NCBI RefSeq assembly: GCF_008831285.2
Contig: NC_045138.2
Location: forward strand, 43,462,001-43,526,000
Source of the DNA: Nymphaea colorata
Taxonomy: Eukaryota
Direction of reading: 5' to 3'
Length of the DNA: 64,000 nt
Of this stretch, positions 26,407 to 38,312 are shown piece by piece. The notes under the pieces were generated by a model. That model was not told the origin of the DNA. It was given only the letters and a program-made list of their open reading frames with translations, and did no database searches. The translations under genes were made by a program, and so were the position numbers. How positions within the stretch are numbered: the stretch's first letter is position 1; every line of letters begins with the position of its first letter.

Positions 26407-26854
26407 CCTCTCTCTCTCTGACCCAAACTTTTACCTAACGAGGTGCAGGGTCATTATTCAAGGCCTTTGCAGCTACAGCACTCTGCCACTTTATGCAATT
26501 GTCACACAGGTGGTCTTTGAGTTCTCTTTTTTGTTGTAATTTTCTTGAAAGGACACGCCATTTAAATGCTGAAATATTTTTCTTGATTTTCAACACATTT
26601 AGATGGGGAGTTCATTCAAGAAGGCAATATTTGATGAGCATGTGCATGAGAGCCTACTTGGTTGGGCTCAAAAGGTGAAGAAAAGAAAAGGATTTAAACC
26701 AACCAAAGAAGGTGGAGATGCTTCAAGCCATACAAACAGGGCAAGTGGATCCTCGGACGGTATTGAGATGCAAAAAGTAGTAACAGAATCCTTGCTAGAA
26801 GCTGGTAATGCTAATATCACCAAAGCTTTATCTCCTGCACCAAGGGCGTCATGA
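4385..26854 (+). CDS. MLO1: MLO-like protein 1 (clade II MLO, 7-TM with calmodulin-binding C-terminus); 14 exons, 1527-nt CDS, 508 aa
   Basis: join(4385-4510,4725-4782,5328-5551,22568-22684,22884-22944,23110-23204,23608-23682,23789-23877,24239-24288,25233-25273,25969-26178,26298-26365,26449-26509,26603-26854). All introns are GT-AG, phases are consistent and there are no internal stops. Motifs [88 protein letters not shown] closely resemble Arabidopsis MLO1. Confidence 0.95.
4725..4782 (+). CDS. MLO1: MLO exon 2
   Basis: cag|[19 protein letters not shown]|gt. Confidence 0.92.
4842..5085. repeat. Tandem duplication, 2 x 121 bp, in MLO intron 2
   Basis: TAATA(A/G)ACGATTTCAC... at 4842 and 4963, with few mismatches. 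Confidence 0.93.
5328..5551 (+). CDS. MLO1: MLO exon 3
   Basis: [25 protein letters not shown]...RRLL...HCTLK|gtaggt. Confidence 0.93.
10293..10746. mobile_element. hAT-derived MITE (CTATGTCACA family), 454 bp
   Basis: Ends CTATGTCACATAGGTA / TAACCATGTGTCAAAG; perfect 8-bp TSD GGAGAGAT; GTACC/GGTAC subterminal repeats. Confidence 0.88.
11301..12507. mobile_element. hAT-derived non-autonomous element (CTATGTCACA family), 1207 bp, nested in the hAT
   Basis: Ends CTGTGATACACGGGTAC / GTACCCATGTGACATAG; perfect TSD AACATAAC; inverted relative to the copies at 10293 and 18136. Confidence 0.88.
12650..15136 (-). pseudogene. hAT transposase pseudogene (BED finger, DUF659 region, hAT dimerisation domain, acidic tail)
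   Basis: ATG at 15136: MASCDPT*QWC...[20 protein letters not shown]; then [54 protein letters not shown]...HSKK...[10 protein letters not shown]. Stops and frameshifts; 3' limit approximate. Confidence 0.88.
15668..15888. mobile_element. Small solo LTR (221 bp) nested in the hAT
   Basis: TGTTG...CAACA termini; perfect 5-bp TSD GAAAT (15663-15667, 15889-15893). Confidence 0.75.
17118..17249. repeat. Tandem duplication, 2 x 64 bp, in the Copia integrase
   Basis: AGTCAAGT(G/C)TTTGATCTTTTACATGTCGA... at 17118 and 17182. Confidence 0.9.
18136..20039 (-). mobile_element. Internally deleted hAT (CTATGTCACA family), 1904 bp, carrying a BED zinc-finger fragment; nested in the Copia
   Basis: TIRs CTATGTCACATGGGTAC / GTACCTGTGTTACATAG; perfect TSD GTCTCCAG; minus strand 18750-18330 gives [13 protein letters not shown]..(fs)[23 protein letters not shown]. 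Confidence 0.9.
22568..22684 (+). CDS. MLO1: MLO exon 4
   Basis: [39 protein letters not shown]. Confidence 0.94.
22884..22944 (+). CDS. MLO1: MLO exon 5
   Basis: [20 protein letters not shown]. Confidence 0.9.
23110..23204 (+). CDS. MLO1: MLO exon 6
   Basis: [32 protein letters not shown]. Confidence 0.87.
23608..23682 (+). CDS. MLO1: MLO exon 7
   Basis: [25 protein letters not shown]. Confidence 0.93.
23789..23877 (+). CDS. MLO1: MLO exon 8
   Basis: [30 protein letters not shown]. Confidence 0.94.
24239..24288 (+). CDS. MLO1: MLO exon 9
   Basis: [16 protein letters not shown]. Confidence 0.92.
25233..25273 (+). CDS. MLO1: MLO exon 10
   Basis: [14 protein letters not shown]. Confidence 0.92.
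25969..26178 (+). CDS. MLO1: MLO exon 11
   Basis: [13 protein letters not shown]...FWFRSP...[14 protein letters not shown]. Confidence 0.94.
26298..26365 (+). CDS. MLO1: MLO exon 12
   Basis: [23 protein letters not shown]. Confidence 0.92.
26449..26509 (+). CDS. MLO1: MLO exon 13
   Basis: [20 protein letters not shown]. Confidence 0.93.
26603..26854 (+). CDS. MLO1: MLO exon 14 (C-terminal tail with calmodulin-binding region)
   Basis: [29 protein letters not shown]...stop. Confidence 0.93.
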   Translation: MGSSFKKAIFDEHVHESLLGWAQKVKKRKGFKPTKEGGDASSHTNRASGSSDGIEMQKVVTESLLEAGNANITKALSPAPRAS

Positions 26855-27874
26855 AGTTACACATCTGCAAGCTTTCAAGCATCAGGGTACACATTAGGTA
26901 GCCTGGCATATTTAGTCATGCTGTAGCTCCTGTGTGGTTATTTCTGCAAGTGAAGCCAGACATCCATGAAAGGTTTTCCCTTAATGTTGAGTCAGTAAAG
27001 AATGTAAGTTTATACTTGGTGTGGATTGTTGTAAAAAGCAACTGTTGCTTTGTCCCCTAACTGCAGGCACTATTGTACCAAAAACTAGGTATCTTGTGTA
27101 TTTCTAAATATAATTGAGAAAACACCGGTTGATTTCTTAGTTCTTCCTTTCGAGAAATGCAGTACTATATTGCAATGTCTGGGTCTATTCAGCAGTATGT
27201 GTGTGAACTTGGTGTTCATGGTCCAGTCAAAGTGGAAATTTCACGGTTATTCACAGGTTCTTTAACCAGACTTTGCATCAGTAACTTGTTAGACAAAATC
27301 ATTCCGCATAAAATTGTGGGTCAAAAGACTTGGTAATCAAAGATAATCAACCTTTATAAATGTTTTGCGGCTATCATTTCAACTGCGTAATATGATATTT
27401 CTGAGATTTGGGTGCAACATGTGGGCATGCTTAAGGAAAAAAAAAGCACTGGTAGAAAGAAGATAGGCGAACGACTGTTTTTAGAGTTGGTTCATGTAAA
27501 TGTAAAGCAGCTACCAACAATGAGCTCCAATACTTTGAATAAACAGCCAGCATGATAGGCCAAAAGTTCAGTATCAGCAAAGGTTCGAAGGAACATATTT
27601 CAATAAACACGGGCAATGTGCAGTAAGGCTCTAATGATGAATACAAATAACGGTGAACATTATTCAGGAGATGTGGCTGAAAAGATAGTACTTTAATAGA
27701 GAGAAATACCTCCTATGTATGCACTAAGGGAGGGCTGAACTAGCTGTCGGGTCAGTCCAATGCTTATAAATCTTGCTATTGGGATTGGTCAACCGCCAGT
27801 CCAGCGCAGTCAAAGGCTATTGTTTTCCAGAACAAAACCTAAAGTAAAATACAAAAAAGATACAAAGATACAAA

Positions 27875-27949
<75 letters not shown>

Positions 27950-29051
27950 CATTTGGGATTGGCCCACCTATTTTTCTCTCTCCTTCTTCCATTAACAATT
28001 TTTTCATACTCTAGATTAGTAGATCACAGATAGAGGAAAATGGATTTGGAAATTCAATCTCATCTTGAGATTGATTATAAATATAGATCTCTAGGTCAGT
28101 GGCAAAACCAAAACCCATCAAAATTAATTAATAAAGTACTTTTCTGTACAATCTAATCATGTAGTTATGATCTTAACAGCGTTTTGGTGTGAACGATATA
28201 CTAAGTTAATCATTTTTTAAAATTTAAATGCTTTTTATATAACAACAAAATGAATGGCTTTTCTGTCATCAAAATTTTATTAGTAGAAAAAACAACAATT
28301 TTCATAAGGACAACTTGAACTAAGAGATGTTTTATGTTGAATTAGATATTTACATACTGGAATGTTCATATTTCGTTCAATTACTTCTAAGCAAGAATTT
28401 AAGAGGCCTGAATTTAATCCAAACTTAAGTTTTTTCAGCCAAAAAAGCGTTAAGAAAAAAAGTTTAAATCTTGGAGAGCAAAGAAATTTGGTGAAGTCTT
28501 GGGGTCATATTTTGAAGCAATTTATGGATGTTCAATTCTACTTGTTAAGCATTCCTTTTGGGCGTATAATAAGAATACATCTCTACATACTTTCTTCCAT
28601 GAAATATGTGATTGTGACCTATGCATATAAAGCTCTTATAATCAGAAAATGTATTCCAGTTGTGGCCGGACCTTGTGGCGGGACCAGATGATGGTATAAC
28701 CTAGGTTCAGGGTTCAAGAACCAGAGCTGATGAAAGATAATGCATCACAAAATAATTTGGTAGGCTTCTTTAAAAAAAGTCCAATGTTCATCGACAATTA
28801 TTTGAGTCATACAATCTCCTTGGTTATGAAAGATTATAATCCTCTCATTTGCAATTTATGAAGTCAATTATACTTAAAGACACAGAAAATTTGTTATGGT
28901 GTGTTTTATTGGGTTTTCTACCACAATGAACAATATCAATATAAGTAGCCCTTATTTGATGTCTTTTCAGTCTATCTTATATTTTGTTTCATTGCCTCGT
29001 GAACAAAAGATGGGGCATACTGAAAATGACTAGCCACATGTAGTTGGGAGC

Positions 29052-30827
29052 TGTTTGCACTCCACCTCTTCCTCGATGGGGGTCGAAATGCGAATCAACA
29101 AAATTCTTTTAAAATTGAGGATTTTGAGGAAAAATTTTTAAGAGAAAGGGATCCGCCCGTCGGTACGAGGTCCAACCGTTTCTGCCGCCTCTAACAGGGG
29201 TAATTGGACCAATGACTAAAGATCACTTGGATCAAGTACGAGTTATTGATGCAAATCCTATATGCTTGTGTATTGAGGTTTTGGATTCAAAAACTAAAAT
29301 TCATTTTAATTATGTGATTTGAACTTGTTTTGAAAATGAATTTGAAGATTGGAGGGTTTTCAAGTTGATTTAAAAACCTTTGTTTTGGTGCCATTTGATT
29401 TGAAATCCACAATTCTTGTGAATTTTGAAGATTAAAATTGAGTTCTTTATTGTGAACTATAGATGGTTCATGAGTTGAAATTGTGATTGTCTTATGTTCA
29501 ACTTTAGGAAAAATAGCTGAGTTTCCTTAGTAAACAAAATTAATTTTGAGTTGTTCTTTTGATAGAACATAGGTTCTAAATTGTTAGAAAACGTATTGTT
29601 TTCTAAACATATTTTGGCCAACATTATGAATGTATTGCTTGTGTTTTCCTTTGAAGTTAAGTGAAGTTTATAAATTCTTGTTGCAATATGACTTGGTCAC
29701 TTTTTGCAACTCAAATTTCAATCACTTAATTTCTTAAGAATGTGCATGTAGTGCTATTGATTTTGAGTGAAAGTGAATGCATGAAATGAGGAGGAAAACT
29801 ATATCAAACATTCATTCTTCTCTATCTCATAATCTCTCAAGATTAATTCATATAAATCATACATTCTTCATTCTCTTTCATAATCCCTCAAGGTCCATTC
29901 ATTTGCAATCACACATCATACAATCTATGCATGAAGATTGATTTTGATTAAAATGTATGACTTTCTCTAAATGTGCTCATCATATTATTAAGCACATGCA
30001 TTAGAGATGCAGTCCACAAGCTTGAGTCATAGATGAGAGACTCAAAACAATTAAGAATTAAGCAAATGAGAATGAAATCAAACTTTAAAATATAGAGGAA
30101 ATGTGGATATCATCATTTTTCCTCAAAATTGTTATAAAAATCAGATTTTATTCTGATTTAAATGGATTAAAATTAAAATATTGATTCTAAGAGTGTTTGA
30201 CTCTTGTCATATGAACTAAACATCCAAGTTGACAAAAATCATGTGCCATATGTTCTCATTCATGTCATGGAGTTCTAAGAATCTTTCTTTCTCCCCAAGA
30301 TCAAACAAAATTTCAGATTCTTATCCTAGAAGATCCATTTATTTTTTGGACTATGAAAACACTTTTGATCTTGTTCTTTGAGGGATACAAAGATTAGGGT
30401 TTTTGAAATGTGATCTTACATTGTGTTTGAGTCTCAATCCATCACATGTATGTCTGAAAATTAGTGAATGAAATCAGAAATTTTTAAAAAGCATTTGGAG
30501 AGCCGATTAGGTAGGACTAGAACCTTTTTATTGTTCTTCAAATCCTAACCATTTTGTAGCTGAAAATTGGCATCGCAAATATATAAAATTTGACATTCTT
30601 AAGCTATTTTCAATAAAACATGGACTGATTTCATTAACTTACATACACCTTACGTATGGATTGACGAAAATAAAAGAAAATTTAAGATGAAATGAAATGA
30701 TTTTATAGCCTTGTACTACAAAAATCAACAAAATGATCCCCTTTCTTAAAAACCAGTTTGGAAACGTGTTCCAACCTGATTTTAAAAAAGAAAAATGATT
30801 TTTAACAAGAGATTGCACGTGTGTGTG

Positions 30828-30912
<85 letters not shown>

Positions 30913-33900
30913 CAATATGTATAAATATATGTATCATGCTCTTCAAATGAAATTTTATCAAGGGACCGCATGACTGATGAGTCATGATGATTAATGGTTG
31001 GGTTCTTTTACGTAGGAAGATTGAAAACTTGTTTCAAATCTCCCCTATTACCCTTAATCAATTAAATTGAAAAGACATGAATCAAAATGACTTTAAATGA
31101 GAAGGAAAATAAGATAATGCTCAAGCTAATTCGTCCATAATCTTGCCATGTTAGGGTGGATCACATTCATAAAAATGTATCCATACCTAATAGGCATTTT
31201 CACCACATATGTTGCAGCAAAATCACTCTCTCACCGTGGAATTCTCTCATGGTAAGGAGTTCAAAATGGTTTTAAACTTGTTGTTTTGAAAGGGACGTGG
31301 CCTTGGGGCTCTTTTCAAAATTTGATACATGGTTTAATCTTTTAGAAGAGCCAACTCATGCATGCATTATGCATTAACATATACATTCAATCGTAGGTTT
31401 CCCCTAGCTGAACATCATTCCCAGCTATAAAATAAATGAAAATAAACTACTCCCACGAATTGCTGAAATTAAAATGAACCAACAAGAAGCTAAAGTATAT
31501 GAAAAATGAGTTAAAATCACCTACCTTGCGGTCGGCCTTGATATTTGATCTTCTTATTCACTTGTTTTCTAAATCAAGCAATCCTAAGTAAGGCTGGGCA
31601 TCGGGCCAGGCCCGGCCAGCCAGCTCTATAAAAACATCCATTTTTAAACCCGATTACTTTATCGGGCCAGCCCGATACCTGGCCCGTTAATAATCTGGCC
31701 GGGCCGGGCCTATAGCTAATCGGGCCTTGGGCTTGATCTTATGCCCGAGGCCCGGCTTGACCCAATTATTAACGGGCTGGCCGGGCCAGGGTTCTTTTGG
31801 ACAGGCTTTTCTGACATGGTGATCTTTCCTATGAGCAACCTGAGCCCTGTTGCATTCGAAGTTCTAACCTGTTACATAGACACAAATGCAGGTCAGACGT
31901 GGATAAACATTCTTCGTACAGCTTTTGTGAACAGACTGCGTTATTAAATTTGGGAAACAACTAACATCCACAGAACAATTAGAATGCCATATTGATTCAT
32001 TGAACATCTTGCATGCAAAAAAATTGTTTAACAGCAAAAAATGATGTTATGAAGGCGAATAAGAAGGAAAGTCATTCGCCATCACCATCCAAAAAGCAAA
32101 ACCCTGACTAATTGAATGCTCTAATTATTCGACCATTTCTAGCTTTCGCACTCAATGACAACAAAAACAATCGTAAATATTTGAACAGGAAAGCAGGTTC
32201 AGGAAATGAAGAAGCATAAGAAGGGAGAACTGGGAGAGAAACGTTTCCTCTCCCGCAAGACGAGAGGCAGCCGATCAGCGACGGGGACGACTAGAGGAAA
32301 CAACCGAATCGCCGATGGGTGACGGCCGACGGGGAGGACCAGAGGAAGAGGTCGATGGGGAGGACTGGAGGAGGCAGTCTCGTTGGTCTTGCTTGTAGAG
32401 CCGCAGAGGAGTGGAGGACTAGAGGAGAACGATAGACAACTAGAGAATGAAAGTATCGAGTATGAAATAAAAACCCTGACCTAAGCTTATTTTTTGAAAA
32501 AATATATATTTTTAAATTATTGCCGGGCTTCTCGAGCCCCCGACGAACACAATCAAGGGCCCGAGTCCGACCCGTTAATTACCAGGCCGGACCGGGCCCA
32601 ATCAAGTGAGCCCGTTTAGCAGTTTTTCAAAGCCCAGACCCAGGCCCGAGTTGGGCTGGGTACCCGGTGGCGGCCCGGCCCATTGCCCAGGCTTAATCCT
32701 AAGCAAGAATCTAAGCTTGGATTCGAGCTTAGTAAAGCTAGAATAAGAATAGCTCGCTTGCTGGAATTTGCAGTGGGAATGAGAGAGCTTCTCTCTACGA
32801 AAATCCTAAGTAATGGTTCACTTAAGCACCCTCACTTAGCAAACTCAATAGAGAGAATAGAGCAAATGAAGAAGAAAATGAGAGAGAGGGGGGAAAAAGC
32901 CTTGGACGAATCTTCTTTCTCCTCCTTGACTTCTCCCTCCTAGCCCCTTGGCTGTACTAAAAAATTTTGTCCCCCCCCTTGGTGGCCAAGGGAAGGCTTA
33001 TATAGAGGAGGAGGTAGGTTCAACCACCTTCTTTAATTTGCCTTGGAAGATTAATCAAGTTTTAAGGAGATGAAAAATGGATTAAATGAGTTTTTAATGG
33101 CTCTATTTAATCATTCCTATCCCATTTACACAAGGTAGGTGGGATGGGTTAGGTTTGGTCAACTTTGGTTCAGACCTAGATGACCAACCTTGACCAAAAT
33201 TTTGGATGAAAATGCCCTTGCACAGGGTTTAGCCTTATTTCCTGCTATTTATTTTTTTCTTTGTTTGAAATCGATTAGGTTAAAATCTAGTTACTAATCT
33301 CCAAATGCCATTGAATCATGATAATTCAATTTAAATTTGAATAAAATTTGAAAATTTGATCAAATTTGGTTCGAAAAGGGTATTTTCATCCAAAACTTGA
33401 TTGAAGATGGATTTAAATTGAATTAAACTTTCGTTTGAAAAATTAAATTTTAATTTGGTATTTAATTTATACATTTGACAAATCCAAATGTATATATGTC
33501 TTTCATAAACCAATTTTAGGCTCTGTAAATTCAATTTGATCATAAAAGAGCAAAATTATCCAGATTGGACAATTTCAACCAATTGACCAAAGTCAAAGCT
33601 CAATTGTGAGTAGTTTGACTTTGTTTGAGGTAATTTGATTTATTTGAGCTAATAAAACTCTTAATTGAGCTAAATTATAATTTAACTGAGCTTAGTCAAA
33701 GTGGACTTGATTTGGTTAAAGTCTATTTTCGTCCATTAATAGGATCGTGAGATAAACATACCTTTTTGGCAAGAGCTCATGTTGACTGAGCCTAGCTGAG
33801 ATTTGGGTGCACTAGGGTCGAACCTACTTGAATTAAGTGGGTTTGACCAGCCTAGTTCTTGTTTTTCGAAAGATTGACCCATCTTTAAAGAGGACCTAGT

Positions 33901-34383
33901 TAAAGAAGAGAGAGATGCATAAATGTTTCTCTTTTCCTAGGTTTCTAGTTATGATATCATTCATTTCTCCTTGAAAATGATTTTTTCATTTAATTGAGAG
34001 AATTTTTTTTTTAAATGAGGGGGTGTGACCCCTAGGGGACTCTTGACTACACGGGCTAAGTCGGGTCCACACGTGGGTCCCACATAGCAATTTCGACTAA
34101 ATTAGATCCAATTCTCTGATTTAAGTTAAAATTTGAATTTCACAATTGGATTTGGATTTCAAATGTCATTTGTAATTGGATTTTGATGTCAAATCCTAAT
34201 TTGGACATAGTTTGGACTCGTAATCTTGCATTGGGATTAATGTCACGAGTCAAATTCATGAGTTGAATCCAAATTGTGTTTAGATTCGGAATTGGCTTTG
34301 CAATTGTATTTTACACAATTTTTTTGTGTGTAAAATTTTGACATTGCTTCAATTTTGATGTGAAAAAATTTGGGGTGTTAACA
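29052..34383 (-). mobile_element. Solo LTR of the Ogre family (~4.2 kb net) with a nested MITE
   Basis: TGTTTGCAC...GGGGTGTTAACA; perfect TSD GGAGC; largely colinear with the LTRs at 38313 and 51312. Confidence 0.93.
31589..32695. mobile_element. Non-autonomous hAT-type element (TAAGGCTGGGCA family), 1107 bp
   Basis: TIRs TAAGGCTGGGCA / TGCCCAGGCTTA; perfect TSD ATCCTAAG; the empty site is visible in the two sister LTRs (~40426, ~53446). Confidence 0.94.
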
Positions 34384-34412
34384 GGAGCTATATCAGATCA
34401 CGTGATGTTCAT

Positions 34413-34452
<40 letters not shown>

Positions 34453-34599
34453 AATAAGCGGTCCACACTATCTTCAAATTTACTTTCTTAATTCCAGCAA
34501 TTATAGGGTCGCCACTTAGTTTTCATTTTATAAACCTATCCACATCTATGAAACACGGGTCTGGCTATGAATAATTATATTATTCATGACATATTTTAT

Positions 34600-35751
34600 C
34601 ATATTTTGTAAGATTAGCTAAAAGAACTCCAAATGTTGTCCGAAGGGATGCAAGATACACCAAGAAGTAATGACATCTACTCCAAGGTGATGGGACAAGA
34701 GAGACATGGTCAAGTATGGATGATGGGGATTGGTGTAAGTCATTCTCAATTCGGTTCGTCCTCTAATGCAAACAAGATACATACCCTAAAAGACGAAAAA
34801 ATGCATTTTTGAAGGATAGAGTTTCCATACTTGAGTCTCAAATGCTGAATTTAGACCATTTCAAGCTCATGTTACTCAATTTATAGCACAACAGCTTAGC
34901 AATTCAAATGCTGTAAAGTTTCTAATTATTATGTAACGAATTCTATTTGTTAAACTTTATTCCTAATAGTTCTAGCTAGTTTCTTAATGTTCATTGTAAG
35001 CATGCCGACACCACCAAACTTTGTATGATATCTAACTCAACAATGACATTATTGTGGGACCAATATTTGTTCTTACTTTTAGGTTATAGCACAGTAGATA
35101 CGTACATAACTTCAAACTTTGATTATTAAGTTTTTGTAATTTTGAACTTTAGTTACTCAGTTGTGGTGTAATATAACGTCCAACATTTGTTATATACATT
35201 TGTTTAGTTATGAATATGTAATTGCTTGAATGGCATCATTGTAAGCAGATTTACATTTGAATATGTATTTATGATTTTCAGAACTATTTTCAATCATGGA
35301 TTAGGAAAAAAAGAAATTTGACAAATATTTATCGATGCATGAAAGTATGTCGGTCAAAGTGCTATTGATGTCTGGTAGCATGTCTATAAAAAGTTCTACA
35401 GACATTTGGGAGTATGCGATAAACAGTTTTACCGATGTTAGTGTAGTGTCGATAAAAATTTAAATCTACATCTGCAAGGGCTGGTAAAAATTCTCACCAA
35501 CATAGGCTCCTCATCGTTAAAATTATTACCAAGGTCTGGCAGACGTTGGTAATCATTTATTGAACTATTTTTCTGATGCATTGGTGAAGATATCATGCAG
35601 CAATGCATGCCACGAAAATGCTGGTCATAGTTTTCACAGACATTCTCTTCACCAATGACCTCTCTAGATATCGGCAAAAGTTTTACCAATGTTGCTTCCT
35701 CTTTTATCAATGTTTTCTCAGCAATTGGCAAAATACCAATTTTTTGTAGTG
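34600..35751 (+). mobile_element. CACTA (En/Spm) element 3' fragment
   Basis: Right terminus ...CCAATTTTTTGTAGTG (reverse complement CACTACAAAAAATTGG); TTTACCGA/TCGGTAAA-like subterminal repeats at 35330-35720; NDIYSKVMGQERHGQVWMMGIGV (~34669-34737) resembles the Ptta/TnpA-like C-terminus. Left end not found. Confidence 0.75.
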
Positions 35752-36285
35752 TGAATTTGGACAATGTTGCAGAAGAGTTTTTTTTTATAAGTAGTAGAAC
35801 GAGGCTCCTTTTCTAAAGTCTTTCCAAATAAACTTTTTTTATCAGCATTAATCTGGCATAGAACATTTAATTGATGTAATGTGACATTATATTTGTGATC
35901 TGTGGTTTGAGATAAGGAAAAAAAATTAAATTCAATTTAGGAATAGATCTAATTTTTGACACACATGAAATTTTTTGTTGTGTTTCCAATCATTTTTAAA
36001 AATTTTCTACACATCAATTTTTTCAAAGAATTTTTGTTCATAGTTGAAATATAAAACTCAAAAACCTTGATTGGCACCGGAATATGAGTTGTTTATTATG
36101 CATCATATGAACCCAAGCTTTGAAGTCAACCAAAATAGATACTGAGAGTTGATATGGGTTGGGACAATGGCTTTTGAAATTGATCCTTTGACTAGTTGAT
36201 GATGTTGATGTAACTTATTGTTATTATTATTATATCTCAAATTATTTTGAATTTATGCCATTGAAGATGATATGATTAAGCCTCA

Positions 36286-36480
36286 AGGGGCATAGCATAG
36301 TTGGTTGAACAGGTGGGTCCATAGAAGGAGCGTCACTTGTTTGATTCTCATAGGTGCCTCTCCCCTAAACCATAAAGGTGGTATCACGACACTTAACTTG
36401 AAGGTTGCATCATACCCTGTTCAGGTCCTAATGAATCCTAAGACTCAAGAGGCAAGGGGAATGGGGAGGGCCTTCAGTTT
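36286..36480 (+). mobile_element. Possible degenerate tRNA-derived SINE
   Basis: A-box-like TAGCATAGTTGG (36293) and B-box-like GTTTGATTC (36339) at pol III spacing; tail and TSD not found. Confidence 0.4.
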
Positions 36481-36799
36481 TTCTTTAGGTGGTGAATTGT
36501 TAATTGCTACTCATTCAAAGATGGTATGACAAACTTAATGACAAAAATAGCACATCTTAGATTGACCAACTTTTGTTATTGTTGAGAGGTATGACAGTCT
36601 AGAGGCCTAGAGCCATTATGTCTCTCACATATGGTTTTTGAGATGCCACGACCCCTAAAGACCTCTGGATAGCCGATTGTGAGCCCCTTTCCAAGGAGCA
36701 CAATTGTCGAGAGATCCAGTGAGTTCTACCCGATAGAAAAGCTTCACCATTAAAATCCTTGGTGGAACTCTTGATTACACAAACCATGGATGATGACAA

Positions 36800-37790
36800 C
36801 ACATGTGAGGCCTTGAAAGTTGAATATGATGATAGATGTCGCTGAGTCCTTATCACTATGGAAGATTTGAAGAGGCCATTCAAGTGGTCAGCCACCTGTT
36901 ATTTTGTCCAAGGAGACACCAAGAAACGGAGGGAGTTTTCCTATATTATGAACAAATAAAAAAAAATATGTATGATATAAGGAGGTAAGCAATCTGCGTT
37001 GGTCAAGGATTTTCCTTGTTCAAGTCGGTAGTGTTGAAGTGTAGAGCCTGATCACATCCTTAATTTTGTAATGACATTTATGCAGGTTTACATTTTTATG
37101 GTTTTATCATGATCCTCATGCTTAAGAGGGGTAGTTATTTTTCTTGTAAGCTCAATCTTTCTAACTAATGTATGAGAACTTTGTCTCTACAACCACGTAA
37201 AAGATCTTTGTGTCTTCTATTTTTTCATCATAGTCTTTTTCTAATGGTGTCATGAGTGAGAGAAAGAGGGCCTCATTTCTAACAAACATTTGGAACTCAC
37301 AACTATTTTGCTCACTAAAGCATGGTGACTTATTGCCAATAGACGCAAACTGGGCACAAAACCCAACATTGAGGACTCAATGAAACTCCCCTTGTGGATT
37401 AGACTCCTCCGCCTAGCAATGATCCTCTAGAACACAAGTCTTTAGATCAGGCATTGCTCAAGCACTAGCAGCAATATATCTGCCAACAAAAACGAATGGG
37501 TTATGCTCACATGTGAGTGTGGGATCCCTTAAACTTCATCCCAAAGTTTGAGGTGGAAATAGCTGTTGCAAGAGAGGAGGTGATTCTACAAGAGCTGGTG
37601 TACGAAGAAAGAACGAAACTATGTGCTAAAGGCAAGGTGAATTTTCATTTCAAAGGAAAATACATTAATAATTATGTAGAATTGTAAGCAATAGTCCCCA
37701 AATAGTGTCAGACTTCAAGATGAACTGGGGTCAAAATCCTGAAATGACAAAGAACAAATTTTGGATCAAAAACACATCCTTGGTGGGTCA
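36800..37790 (+). pseudogene. Highly decayed L1-type LINE ORF1 remnant
   Basis: Fragments GQGFSLF, KLPLWIRL, GYA, QELVYEERTKLC..., resembling the DUF4283 plus zinc-knuckle layout; many lesions; limits approximate. Confidence 0.5.
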
Positions 37791-38130
37791 TGCTTTGTGT
37801 GAATCTATCTCAGAGTTCTTGCCATACTTCACTTGCCATTACATAAGTTTAGTTGCTAACTAATTCTTTGCATATAGAGTTGAAAATGCAAGGCAACATC
37901 AAGTGATTACATCACCTCCAGAGAAAAATTTCAGAAGCAGATGAATATGATTTGGAAAGTCTACCATCCAGAAAGACTAATTTGTTTTTAGCGGACAAGG
38001 GCCATAATCACAGCTCTACTCCAAGTGGCATACTTGTCTCCTATAAGCAGTTGAGAAACAAGCATTGATCCGGGATTGTCATAATGGTGCAAATAGAAAA
38101 GGTTTGAGCAATCAACCAGATTAACTTTAG
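37789..38130 (-). pseudogene. Copia gag N-terminal fragment
   Basis: FYLHHYDNPGSMLVSQLLIGDKYATWSRAVIMAL(fs)KNKLVFLDG...SEVWQEL*DRFTQS. Confidence 0.82.
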
Positions 38131-38312
38131 AAAGAAGCTCTCTTGTTGCTGTAGAAATTTTGAGCAAAACTCCCACATCAAATGTAAATAAACTAATAAC
38201 TGGAGTCATGCTAAGATCTGCCACTGAAAGAAAGAGCAGAAAAGCAAGCAATAAATGGACAATATTGCATCTAATAGAGAACCTTCATTTGGCATTGAAA
38301 TCACATTACCTT

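Noticed and set aside
37060..37285. PPT-like and PBS-like words suggesting a TRIM or small LTR
   Set aside because: No convincing TG...CA pair with a TSD could be found.
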